Below are positions 12,459 through 25,326 of a stretch of DNA of 64,000 nucleotides, piece after piece. The notes below the pieces were generated by a model. The model had not been told where the DNA came from. It ran no database searches and was given only the letters and a program-made list of their open reading frames with translations. The position numbers and the translations under genes were made by a program. Source of the stretch: Lytechinus pictus (lineage: Eukaryota); the NCBI RefSeq assembly GCF_037042905.1, contig NC_087250.1:11348001-11412000 (forward strand), in the 5' to 3' direction. Positions within the stretch are counted from its first letter, which is position 1; every line of letters starts with the position of its first letter.

Positions 12459-14181
12459 TCATAAACAAGGTGAAGGTGACGACCACTCCGCCACTGCTGC
12501 TATCTTGTCGGGGTTGGCTTTCACACCATTGGGTGTGACGATGTGTCCGAGGTACAGTACTTCAGATTGAAATAAAGCACACTTACTTGGCTTCGGCTTG
12601 AGCCCGGCCTTACTCAAGCGTTGGAAAACTTCATCGAGTCGAGAGATGTGATCTTCAAACGTAGGGCTGAAAATTCTCACATCATCTAAGTAGATCAGCA
12701 ATGTTTTCCATTGAAGTCCTTTGAGAACTAGTTCCATACACCGTTCGAATGTACTGGGGGCGTTAGAAAGCCCGAAAGGCATAACATTATACTCGTGTAG
12801 TCCTGATCGCGTCCGAAAAGCAGTTTTGTGATTATCCCCTTCCTTAACCTCTACCTGCCAGTATCCAGACTGCAGATCCAAAGTAGAGAAATATTTACAT
12901 CCACTTAAACAATCTTAACAGTCATCGATACGGGGTAAGGGGAAACTATCGAATTCTGTTACAGCGTTCAGCTTTCTATAATCAACACAGGGGCGAGTTG
13001 TCCCATCCTTCTTTTTTACATATACAAAAGGCGATGTCCAGGGGTTGATGAGGGACGGATGATTCCTGCTTTTAGTTGTTCTCCTATAATGCGTTCTTCC
13101 TCATCGTCCAATGCCCGAGGGGGCCTCCAAGCTGGCTGACGGACAGGTTTAGCTCGTCCAGTTTTAATTTCATGCTGCAGCACAGAGGTGCGACCCAAAT
13201 CATTTGATGATTTCGCAAATGTGTCCGAATGTTTATGTAATAACCCATGAAGTATGTTTCTATCTATGTCACTCATTCCTTCACTGCTTTTCACATACAG
13301 TTCATTGAGACTGGGATGTAATTTGTCAACATTATCACGCGGTATGTTCTCTAAATCACTTTTCATATTTACTCGAGATATTCGGTTGATTACTGATTTT
13401 TAGTCATTCTCGAACTCATCAATTTGCTTGGTAGTAATGATCTCGGTCACTATTCCCACGGTTTGTCCTTTACGCAAAATAACATCCTCGGCAGAGGTGT
13501 TCATAATGCGTATCGGCAGCCCGGATTTGATCTGTTCAGAATTGCATAATGTAGCGCCAATCAGGACTGCCTCCTTTCGCAACCCGGTTGACACCGGTTC
13601 AATAAGGATATCCTGATCTTGATGTAAAGTTACAGCATTGTCGACACACCCTGCTGCCAATATTTCACAATTTGCAGGCACAGTTATTGAAGATTGGAGA
13701 ATAACATGTCATATCGTTGTATCACCTGTTATTTCACAATCGATCCAAACATTGCTAATCTTGATCCCCCTCCTTGCTTCAAATACACAGTCAAAGTGAT
13801 ACAAGAAATCAAGTCCGATTAGCACATCATCGTGGATTGGTGCCACATAAACATCCCATGTCAAAATCGAGTTCGCGATTTCAACATGAACGGTTGATAT
13901 CCCCTTTACATCTAGTAAGCTGTCATCTGCTGTTTTGAGAACAATGTCATTTGTCGGTTTCCGAAGAACAGGTTTATTATCACCACACATTTTATCAAAT
14001 ATTGATTCAGAAACTATAGTTACCGCAGCTCCAGTGTCAATCAATAAGCTTGCCCGAACGCCGTTAACTGCTGCTTGTACATGTGCTGATAACCCATTCG
14101 TGTTGCTTTGTGTCACTTTGATGTCAGTGATTTCTTTAGCTGGATGAGAGACCGGTATCTTGCCGGATGAGCCGGTCTCTA
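12459..14181 (-). pseudogene. pol: Gypsy pol 5' part: aspartic protease and reverse transcriptase (disrupted)
   Basis: LLIDTGAAVT, DLQSGYWQV, MPFGLSNAPSTF, YLDD; several stops. Confidence 0.92.
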
Positions 14182-14191
14182 TTAGTTTCCC
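14147..14191 (-). promoter_or_regulatory. Programmed -1 ribosomal frameshift signal (gag-pol)
   Basis: Slippery G GGA AAC lies just before the gag TAA, followed by a 9-bp stem AGAGACCGG/CCGGTCTCT. The -1 frame is open into the protease ORF 13709..14116. Confidence 0.8.
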
Positions 14192-15087
14192 TGATTCCCA
14201 TAGGACACATTCAGAGAGGCTCCCTGGGGGTGTGGGCAGTAGCGCCTAAGATGTCCCATTTCACCACAGTTAAAGCAGGTACGGGTGTCTTGGTAAGCAC
14301 GTCCTCCCAGTCGTCCTCGCCCTCGACCACGGCCGCCAAAACCATTCAGGCTCAGTTTTTCCGCGACCTTCTCTGCGAGTCAATTGATCTTCTCCTCAAT
14401 AGTTGCGTCCATTTTCGCTTCAATTTATTCTCAATAACGGAATTAGGAGAAGGGGCAACAATGCGGACTCGGTGATTAGGCCGATGTTCGTCCGTGACGG
14501 AGCGATACCTCTCTACCAGGTCCTGTGCCTCACCGAGGCTTGCAGGCTCCCTCATCCCAATAGTCAGAGCTGGTCCTGCAAACCACGGATGAATTGCCGC
14601 AAGGCAATTTGTTCCCTTGTAGCTTCGTTGGCAGTCGGGTAGCCGCGAAGAACAAACCGCCTCAAGTCAGCCACGTAGACGGACAGGGATTCACCAGGAA
14701 GGAGCTTCCTTGTCTCCAGCATTGACAAGAAAGAATTTGGCTTAGTCCTTTCCGCAAACCGCGTTGCCAGGGCCTCTTTCATGAGATGAAACGAACTAAA
14801 AAAATCCTCTGGCTGCGTACGGAAGAGATAATCCGCTGCTTCCCATGTCACTGATGATAGAAGGCGAAGCCTCTTCTCCTCCTCTGACCAGGAGCAGGCG
14901 ACTGCCAAGTTCATGAACAGGCGGATAAAAGTCTCCCTGAGCTATCGCCCGAGAAAGCCGTCTGTCGAGGGAGGGGGACGCTTCCAAACGATACCCGTCC
15001 ACCTGCCTGCTTCGACTCCTCCTCACACATAGAGTCAACCTCATCCTCGAACTTCTGTCGCCTCCTCGATTTAGAACAGGGCATCAT
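14182..15087 (-). pseudogene. gag: Gypsy gag (disrupted) with CCHC zinc knuckle
   Basis: Capsid-like segment (ALRQFIRGL) and CFNCGEMGHLRRYC, ending NQGN*; stops and frameshifts present. Confidence 0.85.
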
Positions 15088-15098
15088 GAAAGAGTTTT

Positions 15099-15111
15099 AC
15101 CGCTGCCACCA
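15099..15111 (-). promoter_or_regulatory. Primer binding site, tRNA-Leu
   Basis: Minus strand TGGTGGCAGCGGT, 1 nt from the LTR end, is complementary to the 3' end ACCGCTGCCACCA of eukaryotic tRNA-Leu. Confidence 0.85.
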
Positions 15112-15112
15112 G

Positions 15113-15497
15113 TGTTAAGTCTGCTACGAACTCATACAAAATGTAGACTACAGGCGTATGTGCAGGTTCATTTGGTTCATTTTAATGAGATCAAACTATC
15201 CAGAGAAGTATCTCATATCGAAGAAAAACTCTCCCTTCCAATCGATGTCACCCCAATATATACCCTGGTGATGGTCGAAACTCGACCACCCCTGGAAACA
15301 TGTTTTCTGTCATCATATACATTGTGAGACATTCACTACCTTGGGCCTGTCATTTCCCAGACAAATTTATGTATCCGACCACTTCTGCTGGTCAGTGGAA
15401 ATACAGACCCTATTTATTATCAGGTGGTCAAAATGTTACATCTGCCTAACTATATGACATGTCAGGTCAAACACAGGTCAGGTCTGTGACCGTAACA
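15113..15497 (-). repeat. 5' LTR, 385 bp, TGTTA...TAACA
   Basis: TG...CA termini with a short inverted repeat. The satellite resumes right after 15497 and the PBS abuts the other side. Confidence 0.9.
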
Positions 15498-15885
15498 ATA
15501 TATTAAATACACAGAAATCAAACTTATTGACTTTCTTCTAAAGAATAGTCCAAAGTACATTAAAATATGAATACATGAACGTGTATACTTACGCCCTGTC
15601 AAATAAGATAAGGAAAAGAGAAAGAATAACAAGAATATAAAAACATTAAGGAATATTATCGAAAACATAATTAGAAACGTATTTGGAACTATGCGTATGG
15701 TTTCAGAGGTTGGTCTGATTTAAAAAAAGTAATTTTAGAGAATCAAAAAATATAATTGTTTTATTGTCAGTACACTAAACATCAATGGAATTTTGTTCTT
15801 CCTTATACTCCAGGTTGATCAAGGTGACCTTACGTTGTATTGAACATATCTAATTTCATGAAGACTTTTGCTCCATTGATATATA
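15498..15885. repeat. Continuation of the ~378-bp satellite (one unit)
   Basis: Same sequence as the units in 1-1900, resuming at the unit position where the LTR interrupted it. Confidence 0.9.
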
Positions 15886-17092
15886 TTAACTCTTACTGTG
15901 CCAGTACGAATACCCCTTGACTGCCAGGGGTATTCGAGGGAATCCTAAATTGACCAAAACGTAAGCAGAGACTGATTTTAAAACGGTCATAACTCTTTAC
16001 CCGTACATTGGATAATGAAACTTTCTACACATGAAATCATGCATGGTTCATGGACTTTATGATCGTGTTACTAGTATTATCTTTCTTATTCGCATTTTTA
16101 AAAAATGAGAAAAAATGTAATATTTTACATTGCTTTTTTTTTCAATAAGTAAAACCTTGAAATTATAATTTCATGAACATTTCAACGAGCAAATAACCTG
16201 ATGAATTGTAGAGATACCAAGAAATTAAGAAGATAAAATAAAAGTTCGATGTTTAACCTTTTAAATGACGTAGATATTGATGAAATTGAACAAACAAAAA
16301 TAACAGAAAATAATGCTCTTTTGAATGAAATACTATTTTGGCTATTTAAGTTGCTTCCTCTGAAGAATACACACAAATGAAAGCGTTTTTTTTCAAAAAA
16401 AGGGCATCGTCTTCGATCAAGTGACCAATCACAGTACAGCTGTGATTCCCACACGAACACACACAATGGTATATCAAACGCTGTATCTTCAAAGTGTGGC
16501 CAATCGTAAACTTTCATTCGTGTAGTCTTCAAAATAAGACCCTGTGTTTTTTTTTATTCGTAGTGTAACAAACAAAGTTATTGCCAGTCAGAAGGAGACA
16601 AAATATAAATTTAATATCTCATTCCTAAATAATTTCGCTTCTTTTTTTCTTCGTGATTTTTGTCTACGTCTTTTCTCTATGCTATAGGTGATCTCGGCGC
16701 TTCTATTGATTTATTTTTCTACCATTCTACGGCTATTTTTATTATCATTTACCTCATCTACACATTTTTTCTTCATCTGGATTTCTCTTTTCCTCTTTGC
16801 TATCTATCTTATGCATGTCCTTCCTCTTTCACGCTTCCTCTTTCTACATTAATAATATCAATAAAAATATCAATAATCGTATGATGATAAAGGTAAATAA
16901 TAACGCCAATAGAAACACATATTAGGTTTATCACCACTACTACTACTACGACTACTACAACTACTATAACAACCACTACTACGACGAATATAAGAATTGT
17001 AAGAGCAATTACATTCAAGCATTTTGTAACAATTTTTCCATCCAAATTGACCTTTCAACACTTTGTAAGCACAACCTTTAACCTTTTGTGCC

Positions 17093-19822
17093 AGGCTGAG
17101 GCTGATAAGGTTCCTGAGTGCTTTTATGTCAAAGATGACATTTTGATGAGGAAGTGGAGACCCCCCCCCCCCCTCCCCCGCAGACCTGCTGATGAAGATT
17201 GGTGTATAATTCACCAGGTAGTAGTTCCTCCTTGTTACCGCACGGATATTCTGAAAATGGCTCATAAGTTACCTATGGCAGGTCACGTCGGTAGTCGGAA
17301 GACAGAAGATAGAATTATGAGGCATTTTTATTTGCCTAAGATGCTCAAAGATACTAAATGGGTTCATTATTGCGGAATGAAATAATCGCTAGAGGGTATT
17401 CATTTGTCTCGCAATCTACTATGGTCAACAAGGAAATTCGTGATAACTCTCGCAAAAAGTGTTCACTGGCTCTGGCGATTATGCTCAAAGATGTTGTGCA
17501 TTTCTGTAAGACATGTCATACATGTCATATTATTGGTAAGGCACAGCCTTCTATCAAGCCTGCTCCATTGATACCCATTCCTGCATTTGATGAACCTTTT
17601 ACTAGTGTTCTTGTTGATCGTGTTGGAGCCTTACCCAGAACAAGGTCGGTCACAGATTTCTTCTGACGATTATGGACTTGTCTACACGGTTTCCAGAGGC
17701 GATATCTTCGAGGAGTATCACTGCAAAGACAGTGGTGCAGGCGTTAGTGCAGCTTTTCACTCGGTATGGTCTGCCTAAGAAAATTCAGTCTGATCAAGGG
17801 TCAAATTTCATATCAGGAATATTTCAGCAAGTTATGAAGGAGTTGAGAATAAAGCAGATCAAGTCCTCTGGTTATCACCCACAGTCCCAAGGAGCGTTCG
17901 AACGCTATCATCAGACCCTGAAGACCATGATAAGGGCCTATTGTGAGGACTATCCCGATGACTGGGATAAAGGGATCTCATTCCTACTGTTTGCAACTAG
18001 GGATTCTCCAAATGAGTCCACGGGTTTTAGTCCATTTGAACTGGTCTATGGTCATGAGGTTAGGGGTCCCCTAAAGCTTATCAAAGAGAGGTTTATGGTA
18101 GGATGATGATTATGTAAACCTTCTAGACTATGTGTCAAAGTTTAGAGATGTGGCTAAGGAACACTTGAAAGTGTTGCAGGGAAAATGAAAACTCAAGCTG
18201 ACAAAAATGCAAAAGAGCGAAGTTTCAAGCCTAGAGACAAAGTGTTGGTGTTGTTGCCATTGCAAGATGAGCCCTTGAAAGCTAGGTTTAGTGGTCCGTA
18301 CATAGTCAAAAGGAAATTGAATGATGTCAACTATGTGATCAGTACCCCTGTTCGAAGAAAGTCTCAAAGAGTTTGTCATGTAAACATGTTGAAAGAATAC
18401 TTTGAGCGAGAGGCTAGTCAGCAAATAGGTAAAACACAGGTTAAAGAAGACAAGAAACATCTGAATGTACATGAAGAAGAATGCTATGGAAAGACAGATG
18501 ATAAATTGTCTTATACAGATGTATCTAAGAACGAACCATGTGGTGTAAAGTTGTGTAACTCAGAGATGTTAGGAAATATGGATGAGGCATTAAAACACCA
18601 GCCTGAAGATCAGATAAATGATATATCTGGCCTGTTAAGAGAATATGAGAAGCTATGTAAAGACAAACCAGGTCGTTCACCTTTAAATGTACATGATGTA
18701 GATGTAGGTGATGTAAGACCTATCAAACAGAATCCTTATAGGCTCAATCCAAGCAAGTTGTAAATGGTGAATAAGGAAATATAGTTCATGTAAGATAATG
18801 ACATAATCGAACCGAGTCAGAGCAGTTGGAATTCTCCTATTGTAATGGTTCCAAAGCCAGACGGCTCTCAGAGATTTTGCATTGATTACCGAAAGGTAAA
18901 TGTAGTAACTAAGACTGACTCGTATCCAATTCCTAGGTTAGAAGATTGTATTGATAGGGTTGGAAATTCTGCCTATACCACAAAGATAGACTTGCTTAAA
19001 GGATATTGGCAAGTGTCACTGACTGACGGAGCCAAAGAGATATCAGCCTTTGTCACACCTGAAGGCTTATTTCAATGCAAAATCATGCCATTTGGAATGA
19101 AAAATGCACCAGCAACCTTCCAAAGGTTAACAAATCAAGTGATTGCTGGACTTGACAATTGTGTCGTATACATAGACGACATCCTAGTGTACAGTGATAC
19201 TTGGAATGATCATCTGGATCATCTGAGAGCACTGTTTGACAGACTGGATAATGCCAATCTTGTGATGTTGGAGTAGGAGCAGTATTGCTCCAAGAAGATG
19301 AAGAAGGCATCGAAAAACCAGTGTGCTACTTCTCTAAGAAACTCAATCGGTTTCAGAAGAAGTACTCAACTATTGAAAAAGAGGCCCTGAGTCTTATACT
19401 AGCCCTTCAGCAGTCTGAGGTATATCTAACCAATGGAGAGATTACAGTCTATACAGACCACAATCCTCTTGTGATTTTGGAGAAATTCAAAACAAAGAAT
19501 CAACGACTGTATAGATGGAGCCTAATGCTCCAACGATTCCCTTTGAAAATTGTACACATAAAGGGAAAGAATAATGTAATTGATGAAGCTCTTTCAAGAG
19601 TATCAAAAGTGAAATTATTGTTTTTGACCAAGTGCGTCATTTGAAGAAAATGTCTTTGATGTTCATTTATTTAAACATGTTCGTTAAGTACTATACATTT
19701 GTACACAATAACTGTAAACAATTTATCAAGATGACTTTGAACAGTTAAAAGGAAAAAAAGTAATCTTAAAGAAACCTTTACTACGGTAAAGCTTTCTTTT
19801 CCCCGGTGGGGGAGGTGTTATA
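17093..19822 (+). mobile_element. Degenerate, 5'-truncated Gmr1-like Gypsy retrotransposon (INT-RT-RH order)
   Basis: Integrase (H..GH..CHTC, SDQGSNF, FSGPY) lies upstream of RT (FCIDYRKVN, YIDD) and RNase H (YFSKKL, YTDHNPL). PPT GGTGGGGGAGG at 19805-19815 is followed by TGTTA. An internal deletion falls near 19265. Confidence 0.9.
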
Positions 19823-20981
19823 TGGTCCAGTAAAATGAACTCGACCAGTTAGACCAGTATGCCGTTGTTCCATTTTCCAGAGTTACATTCTGTTACATTC
19901 TTGGCTGACATTGATTTGCAATTTTACTACCATTGACATAACGCATGTCCCCGGTCTTCGATCTTCGTTTTCAAAACCTGTTGTTGGGTGTCTGGAAAAC
20001 GAAGACCGAAGACCGGGGATTGCGTCTATTCGTCTAGCTTAGATAGGCCTATAATCAGTGGCGTACCTAGGATTTTCCACAGGGGGGGGGGCAAAACCAT
20101 CCGCCAGTCAATTCTGGCACGAAGCGCAAGCAAATATTTTTTATAGTTACTTGAAAGATTTTTTTTCTTTTTGGCAAGTCTTCCCCTCACATTATTTCAT
20201 TCACTCGTCTTCCTCCTCTTATTTTCCTCATCTTTTTTTCTTCTGTCTTTCTTCTTCTTTTCCTTTTTTTATTTTCCCCTCTTGTTTTTTTCTGTTTTCT
20301 ATTCAGATTTCATGTTAGCATTTTCGCATCCCGTTTTTTTTTGGCCTCCTTTCCTTCCCTTTCCCGTCTAAATTTTCCTTTCGACTTTGCCATCTCTTCA
20401 TTTCTAACCCCTTTCTCACTTGTTTATTAGTAGGCCCTATTTCAGGATGATTAGATTTGTTCATTGCAATTTTTGGCCCTTTTCCTTTCTCCTTTCTTCC
20501 TTCTCTTTCCCTTTCCCTTTCTCATTGTTTGTCTCGCCCACAAGAGGTGAAGGCGAGACTAAAAGATCCAAATGTCTTCCACCCGTCGATTCCCAGAGAG
20601 GGTTAGCCGATTCTGCGGTGCAAGATAGACCAAAAACCAATTCTGCATCGGCTTTTGGTTCTGAATCAAAAGCCGATGCACGTGTAAACAGGGTAATTTT
20701 CTTCACGCGTACTGAATGTTGCTGTCTCGAAATGTACGTGTGGGAACGTCTCGGGTTTAACTGCAAAGTAGTTTCATGTGCGCCGACCATATAGAAAACA
20801 TCGCATACCGACAACAACATTCTACAAAGGCGCGCTTGCCACCTGTCTTAGGTCGATGACATTGCTTTCCATTACAATTAGGTTTATTTTATACGGAGCC
20901 TTTAAAGTGATGGTCCGGGCTGAAAGCATGTATAGCTTAATGAATAGAGCAGAATTCACTGAACAAAATACCGAAAAATTT

Positions 20982-21330
20982 CGGGATCAGGACAACTACC
21001 CCCCGGACAATTACCCTCCGGACAACTACCCCCCGGACAATTACCCCCTGAGGACAATTACCCCCCGAGGACAATTACCCCCCGGACAATTACCCCCCGG
21101 ACAATCACCCCCAGACAACTACCCCCGGAAAATTACCCCCAGACAACTACCCCCGGACAATTACCCCCCGGACAACTACCCCCGGACAATTACCCCCCGG
21201 ACAACTACCCCCCGGACAATTACCCACCGGACAACTACTCCCCCCGGACAATTACCCCCCAGACACCTATCCCCAGGTCAATTACCCCCCGGATAACTAC
21301 CCCCCCGGACAATTACCCAACAGACAATTT
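20982..21330 (+). repeat. 15-bp minisatellite (GGACAATTACCCCCC)n, one arm of a foldback element
   Basis: Direct tandem repeats; the same family occurs at 38535 and, inverted, at 41150. Confidence 0.9.
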
Positions 21331-22429
21331 TTGATATTGTGATCTGAAACTGGATAATGATTTAAATTGAGTATCTGAATAAACATGCGCGCGAATGTTC
21401 CATATTTAGACTTAGAATCTAGGCATTTTAAATACATATTTCATCATGAAAATCAAAGTGCGAAGTGCGAGCTTAAACTATTTGATATTTCGATTTGCAA
21501 AAGGAGTCAATTTCAGCTCTAAATTTCAAGCACTTTGTCGGAAAATTGTGAGGTGGATATGGATTGCACTTCATAAAGAACTGACATTTTTCATTATTTA
21601 CTTCCAGTTTTGACATAGGACCAGGACATCTTTAGGACATGTCATCATATGAAAATGATGACTATCTTCCTATTCCTCTTCCTAAGCGCGAAATGAATCA
21701 AAAGGGACAATTTAATCATTAAACTGACATGTTATTCATTAATGCCCAATGAGTGCGTGAAATCTAATGATATTATGGCCTGAAACTGGACATTTCAAGC
21801 ACTTTTGTAATTAGAATGCATCAGTTAATGTATTTTTAACCATTAATGCGAGCGCAAGTTGCGAGACAATTTTTTTTTTATAAACTGTCATGAAAAAGGG
21901 ATTTTAAGTAGTTTGTTGTATAATCAATATTGAGACATAATAATCACTGTTTTTCCAAACATTTTGGTTTGGATGCTAATCGTGGTAAGCGTCCCAAATG
22001 CGATTTTTTTTTTTTGGGGGGGGGGTCGTAACGGGGACAAAAACTGGCCAGGACGGTCTTTATTCTGATCTTTTCTGCCGCGTTACTCGCAATTGAAAAC
22101 AGAAAATAGGAGAGAGGAGACTAACAAGTAACATCAGAGTGTATAGGTCAGAACATTTCCATCGGGGGGGGGGGGCTAAAAAAGTATTCATAAAAAATGT
22201 TTGTATTGCTAAGTAGGAAGAGCATTCAATAGGTAATCCTGCCGATAAACACTAATCCTCCTTTCGTTCGGGGCGTTCACCATCTGTATCCTGCTCTTTT
22301 CGGAAGGAATTTGTTTGGGTAGTGCAGATATCATGAACTACTTGGACGTTTCCCTTTTGAAAAGAGCATAAGATGAATGGCGTGCTAAACTGATTTCTTT
22401 TCCCTTTTTTCAGAATAATAGACTAAAAT

Positions 22430-25080
22430 AATGAGAAGAGGGATGATGGGGGGAGAAAAAGTTCAAAAGTGCACCGAGATCAGCTCAAAGTACTAAGACA
22501 TTACAAGATTTTTGTTTTTTCTGAAAATACCATCGATCGATGAAACCAAGGAGATATCATTCTATCTAGAGTAATATCTCCTTGATGAAACAAATAAGAC
22601 GCTATGGTGAATAAACGCGAAGCTTATTGCAGAAAATATTATAGCTCATCTTTCAGAACAACGATATTGATCAAATCACGTGATCAGGCCTAGTGTGCGC
22701 GCGCGTACGTGCACGTCACAGAATTTATCCTCCCGTCTGACTCCAACGAAAAATTCGGGTAAAGTTGAAATGATATCCTATTTTGGGGATTTTCTTCATT
22801 TGGTTATCGAAATAGGTTTATAAAGGAAATATTGGCAGATGTTTTAGTACATAACAATTACGAAAAAGCTTAAAAACTTCATCGAATCAAACCAAACAAA
22901 TATCGGCTTCTGTAGAAGCCCGTCGTAGCTAAGTGAACGACTCGCTGGGCTTTTGTGGAAGCCCGTCGCACGCAAAGGGTTAATGTAGGAAGAAACCAAA
23001 TTACCCATCCTTTTTCATGATTTACAAAATATGATTAGAGTGTCCCATTTTTAGGTCTGAAATCTCAATTTTTTTCCACTCGCGCTTTGCGCTCGCATTA
23101 ATTGTTTGGTTTTATACCTATACCATTTATGATTACAAAAAGTGCTAAGAATGTCATTTTTTAGGTCAGAATATCAAAAGAAATTCAGCTCGCGCTTCGC
23201 ACTCGCATTATTTAATAGTTGAAATATGTATCGTTTTAATGGCTAACTGCAAACTTCCTTAAAAGGTCCCTTTTTGATCAAGCCAGAAACCATATTAAAT
23301 TATAGCTGATGACGTATCCAAGATCAGAATATTCTTGAATTGGTGCTGAATATTATAGGCCCATCTTAGCTAGACGAATGTGATCCCCGGTCTTCCGTCT
23401 TCGTTTTCCAGACACCCAACAACAGGTTTGGAAAACGAAGACCGAAGACCGGGGACATGCGTAATGTCAATGGTAGTAAAATAGTTGCAAACGCCAGTTG
23501 AGTTGAGTCTGCTTGTACGTGATTGCGCAGTATGAGGTGTATTGTATGCAAGTTTTCATTTTTATGACAGTTTTCAGAATTGCAATGGCTGAATTCCGTG
23601 GGTGAAATATGTACGTTATAATTGTTATCTATCCTTATTAATCGACCATGCCCTAGCTGATGGTTAACAATATTCACACAAATAACCATAACTTATCCGC
23701 AGCCAATCATAGATGATGACGTATCCAAGATCAGAATATTCTTGAATTGGTGCTGAATATTATAGGCCCATCTTATAGCTGGACGAATGCGATCCCCGGT
23801 CATCCGTCTTCGTTTTCCAGACACCCAACAACAGGTTTGGAAAACGAAGACCGGGGACATGCGTAATGTCAATGGTAGTAAAATAATTGCAAACGCCAGT
23901 TGAGTTGAGTCTGCTTGTACGTGATTGCGCAGTATGAGGTGTATCGTATGCAATTTTCAGTTTTATGACAGTTTTCAGAATTGCAATGGCTGAATTCCGT
24001 GGGTGAAATATGTACGTTATAATTGTTATCTATCCTTATTAATCATGACCTAGCTGATAATAGTAGACTAAAATAATCAGAAGAGGGATAATGGGAGGGA
24101 AAAAGTTCAAAAGTGCACCGAGATCAGCTCAAAGTACTAAGACATTACAAGATTTTTGTTTTTTTCTGAAAATACCATCGATCGATGAAACCAAGGAGAT
24201 ATCATTCTATCTAGAGTAATATCTCCTTGATGAAACAAATAAGACGCTATGGTGAATAAACGCGACGCTTATTGCAGAAAATATTATAGCTCATCTTTTA
24301 GAACAACGATATTGATCAAATCACGTGATCAGAACAAATCACGTGATCAGGCCTAGTGTGCGCGTGCGTACGTGCACGTCACAGAATTTATCCTCCCGTC
24401 TGACTCCAAAGAAAAATTCGGGTAAAGTTGAATTGATATCCTATTTTGGGGATTTTTCCCCACGTAGCTGTATATTTTTATCATTTGGTTATCGAAATAG
24501 GTTTATAAAGGAAATATTGGCAGATGTTTTAGTACATAACAATTACGAAAAAGCTTAAAAACTTCATCGAATCAAACCAAACAAATATCGGCTTCTGTAG
24601 AAGCCCGTCGTAGCTAAGTGAACGACTCGCTGGGCTTCCACAAAAGCCCAGCGAGTAGGAAGAAACCAAATGCACTCGCATTATTTAATAGTTGAAATAT
24701 GTATCGTTTTAATGGCTAACTGCAAACTTCCTTAACAGGTCCCTTTTTGATCAAGCCAGAAACCATATTAAATTATAGCTGATGACGTATCCAAGATCAG
24801 AATATTCTTGAATTGGTGCTGAATATTATAGGCCCATATTAGCTAGACCAATGCGAGGTGTATTGTATGCAAGTTTTCAGTTTTATGACAGTTTTCAGAA
24901 TTGCAATGGCTGAATTCCGTGGGTGAAATATGTACGTTATAATTGTTATCTATCCTCATTAATCATGCCCTAGCTGATAACGATATTCACACAAATAACC
25001 ATAACTTATCCGCAGCCAATCATAGCTGATGACGTATCCAAGATCAGAATATTCTTGAATTGGTGCTGAATATTATAGGC
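22430..25080. repeat. Patchwork of local direct duplications
   Basis: 22430-22950 is repeated at about 24065-24635; 23305-23710 is followed by a near-copy at about 23715-24060; parts recur at 24670-25080. Confidence 0.85.
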
Positions 25081-25317
25081 ACTAGTGTACCTACGGGGGG
25101 GGGGCAGTCTGCCCCCCCCCCCCCTGAAGAGCCACAACCCATGCAAAAAACGTATCCCTGACGAGCTTCAAAGACCTTTTTTCTTTTTTTTTGCTTGTCA
25201 ATTTTTTTCTGGTACGAAAGGCTTTATTTGTGATTCAAGACCCTTTTTTTTTGGCTTGTCACATTTTTGGGCGAACGGTCCCCCCCCCCCCTGTGGAGAA
25301 TCCTAGGTACGCCACTG
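25080..25317. mobile_element. Short hAT-like MITE (CAGTGGCGTACCTAGG-type end)
   Basis: Right end GTACGCCACTG, degenerate left end, and a flanking TTATAGG(C) duplication. Confidence 0.7.
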
Positions 25318-25326
25318 GTTATAGGC

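Larger units (their letters stand above)
1903..15497 (-). mobile_element. Degenerate Ty3/Gypsy LTR retrotransposon (gag-PR-RT-RH-INT) inserted in the satellite, with nested insertions
   Basis: LTR copies at 1903 and 15113, a PBS, a gag zinc knuckle, protease IDTGA, RT YLDD, RNase H DTDAS and integrase HSDQG, in Gypsy order on the minus strand. Confidence 0.93.

Noticed and set aside
20778..21296. Pro-rich PPDNY/PGQLP ORFs (also at 38533 and 40942-41413)
   Set aside because: These are translations of the GGACAATTACCCCCC minisatellite.
15886..22983. One piggyBac element from TTAA-CTCTT to AAGGG-TTAA
   Set aside because: The two ends do not match beyond a few bases, so they are probably ends of different families.
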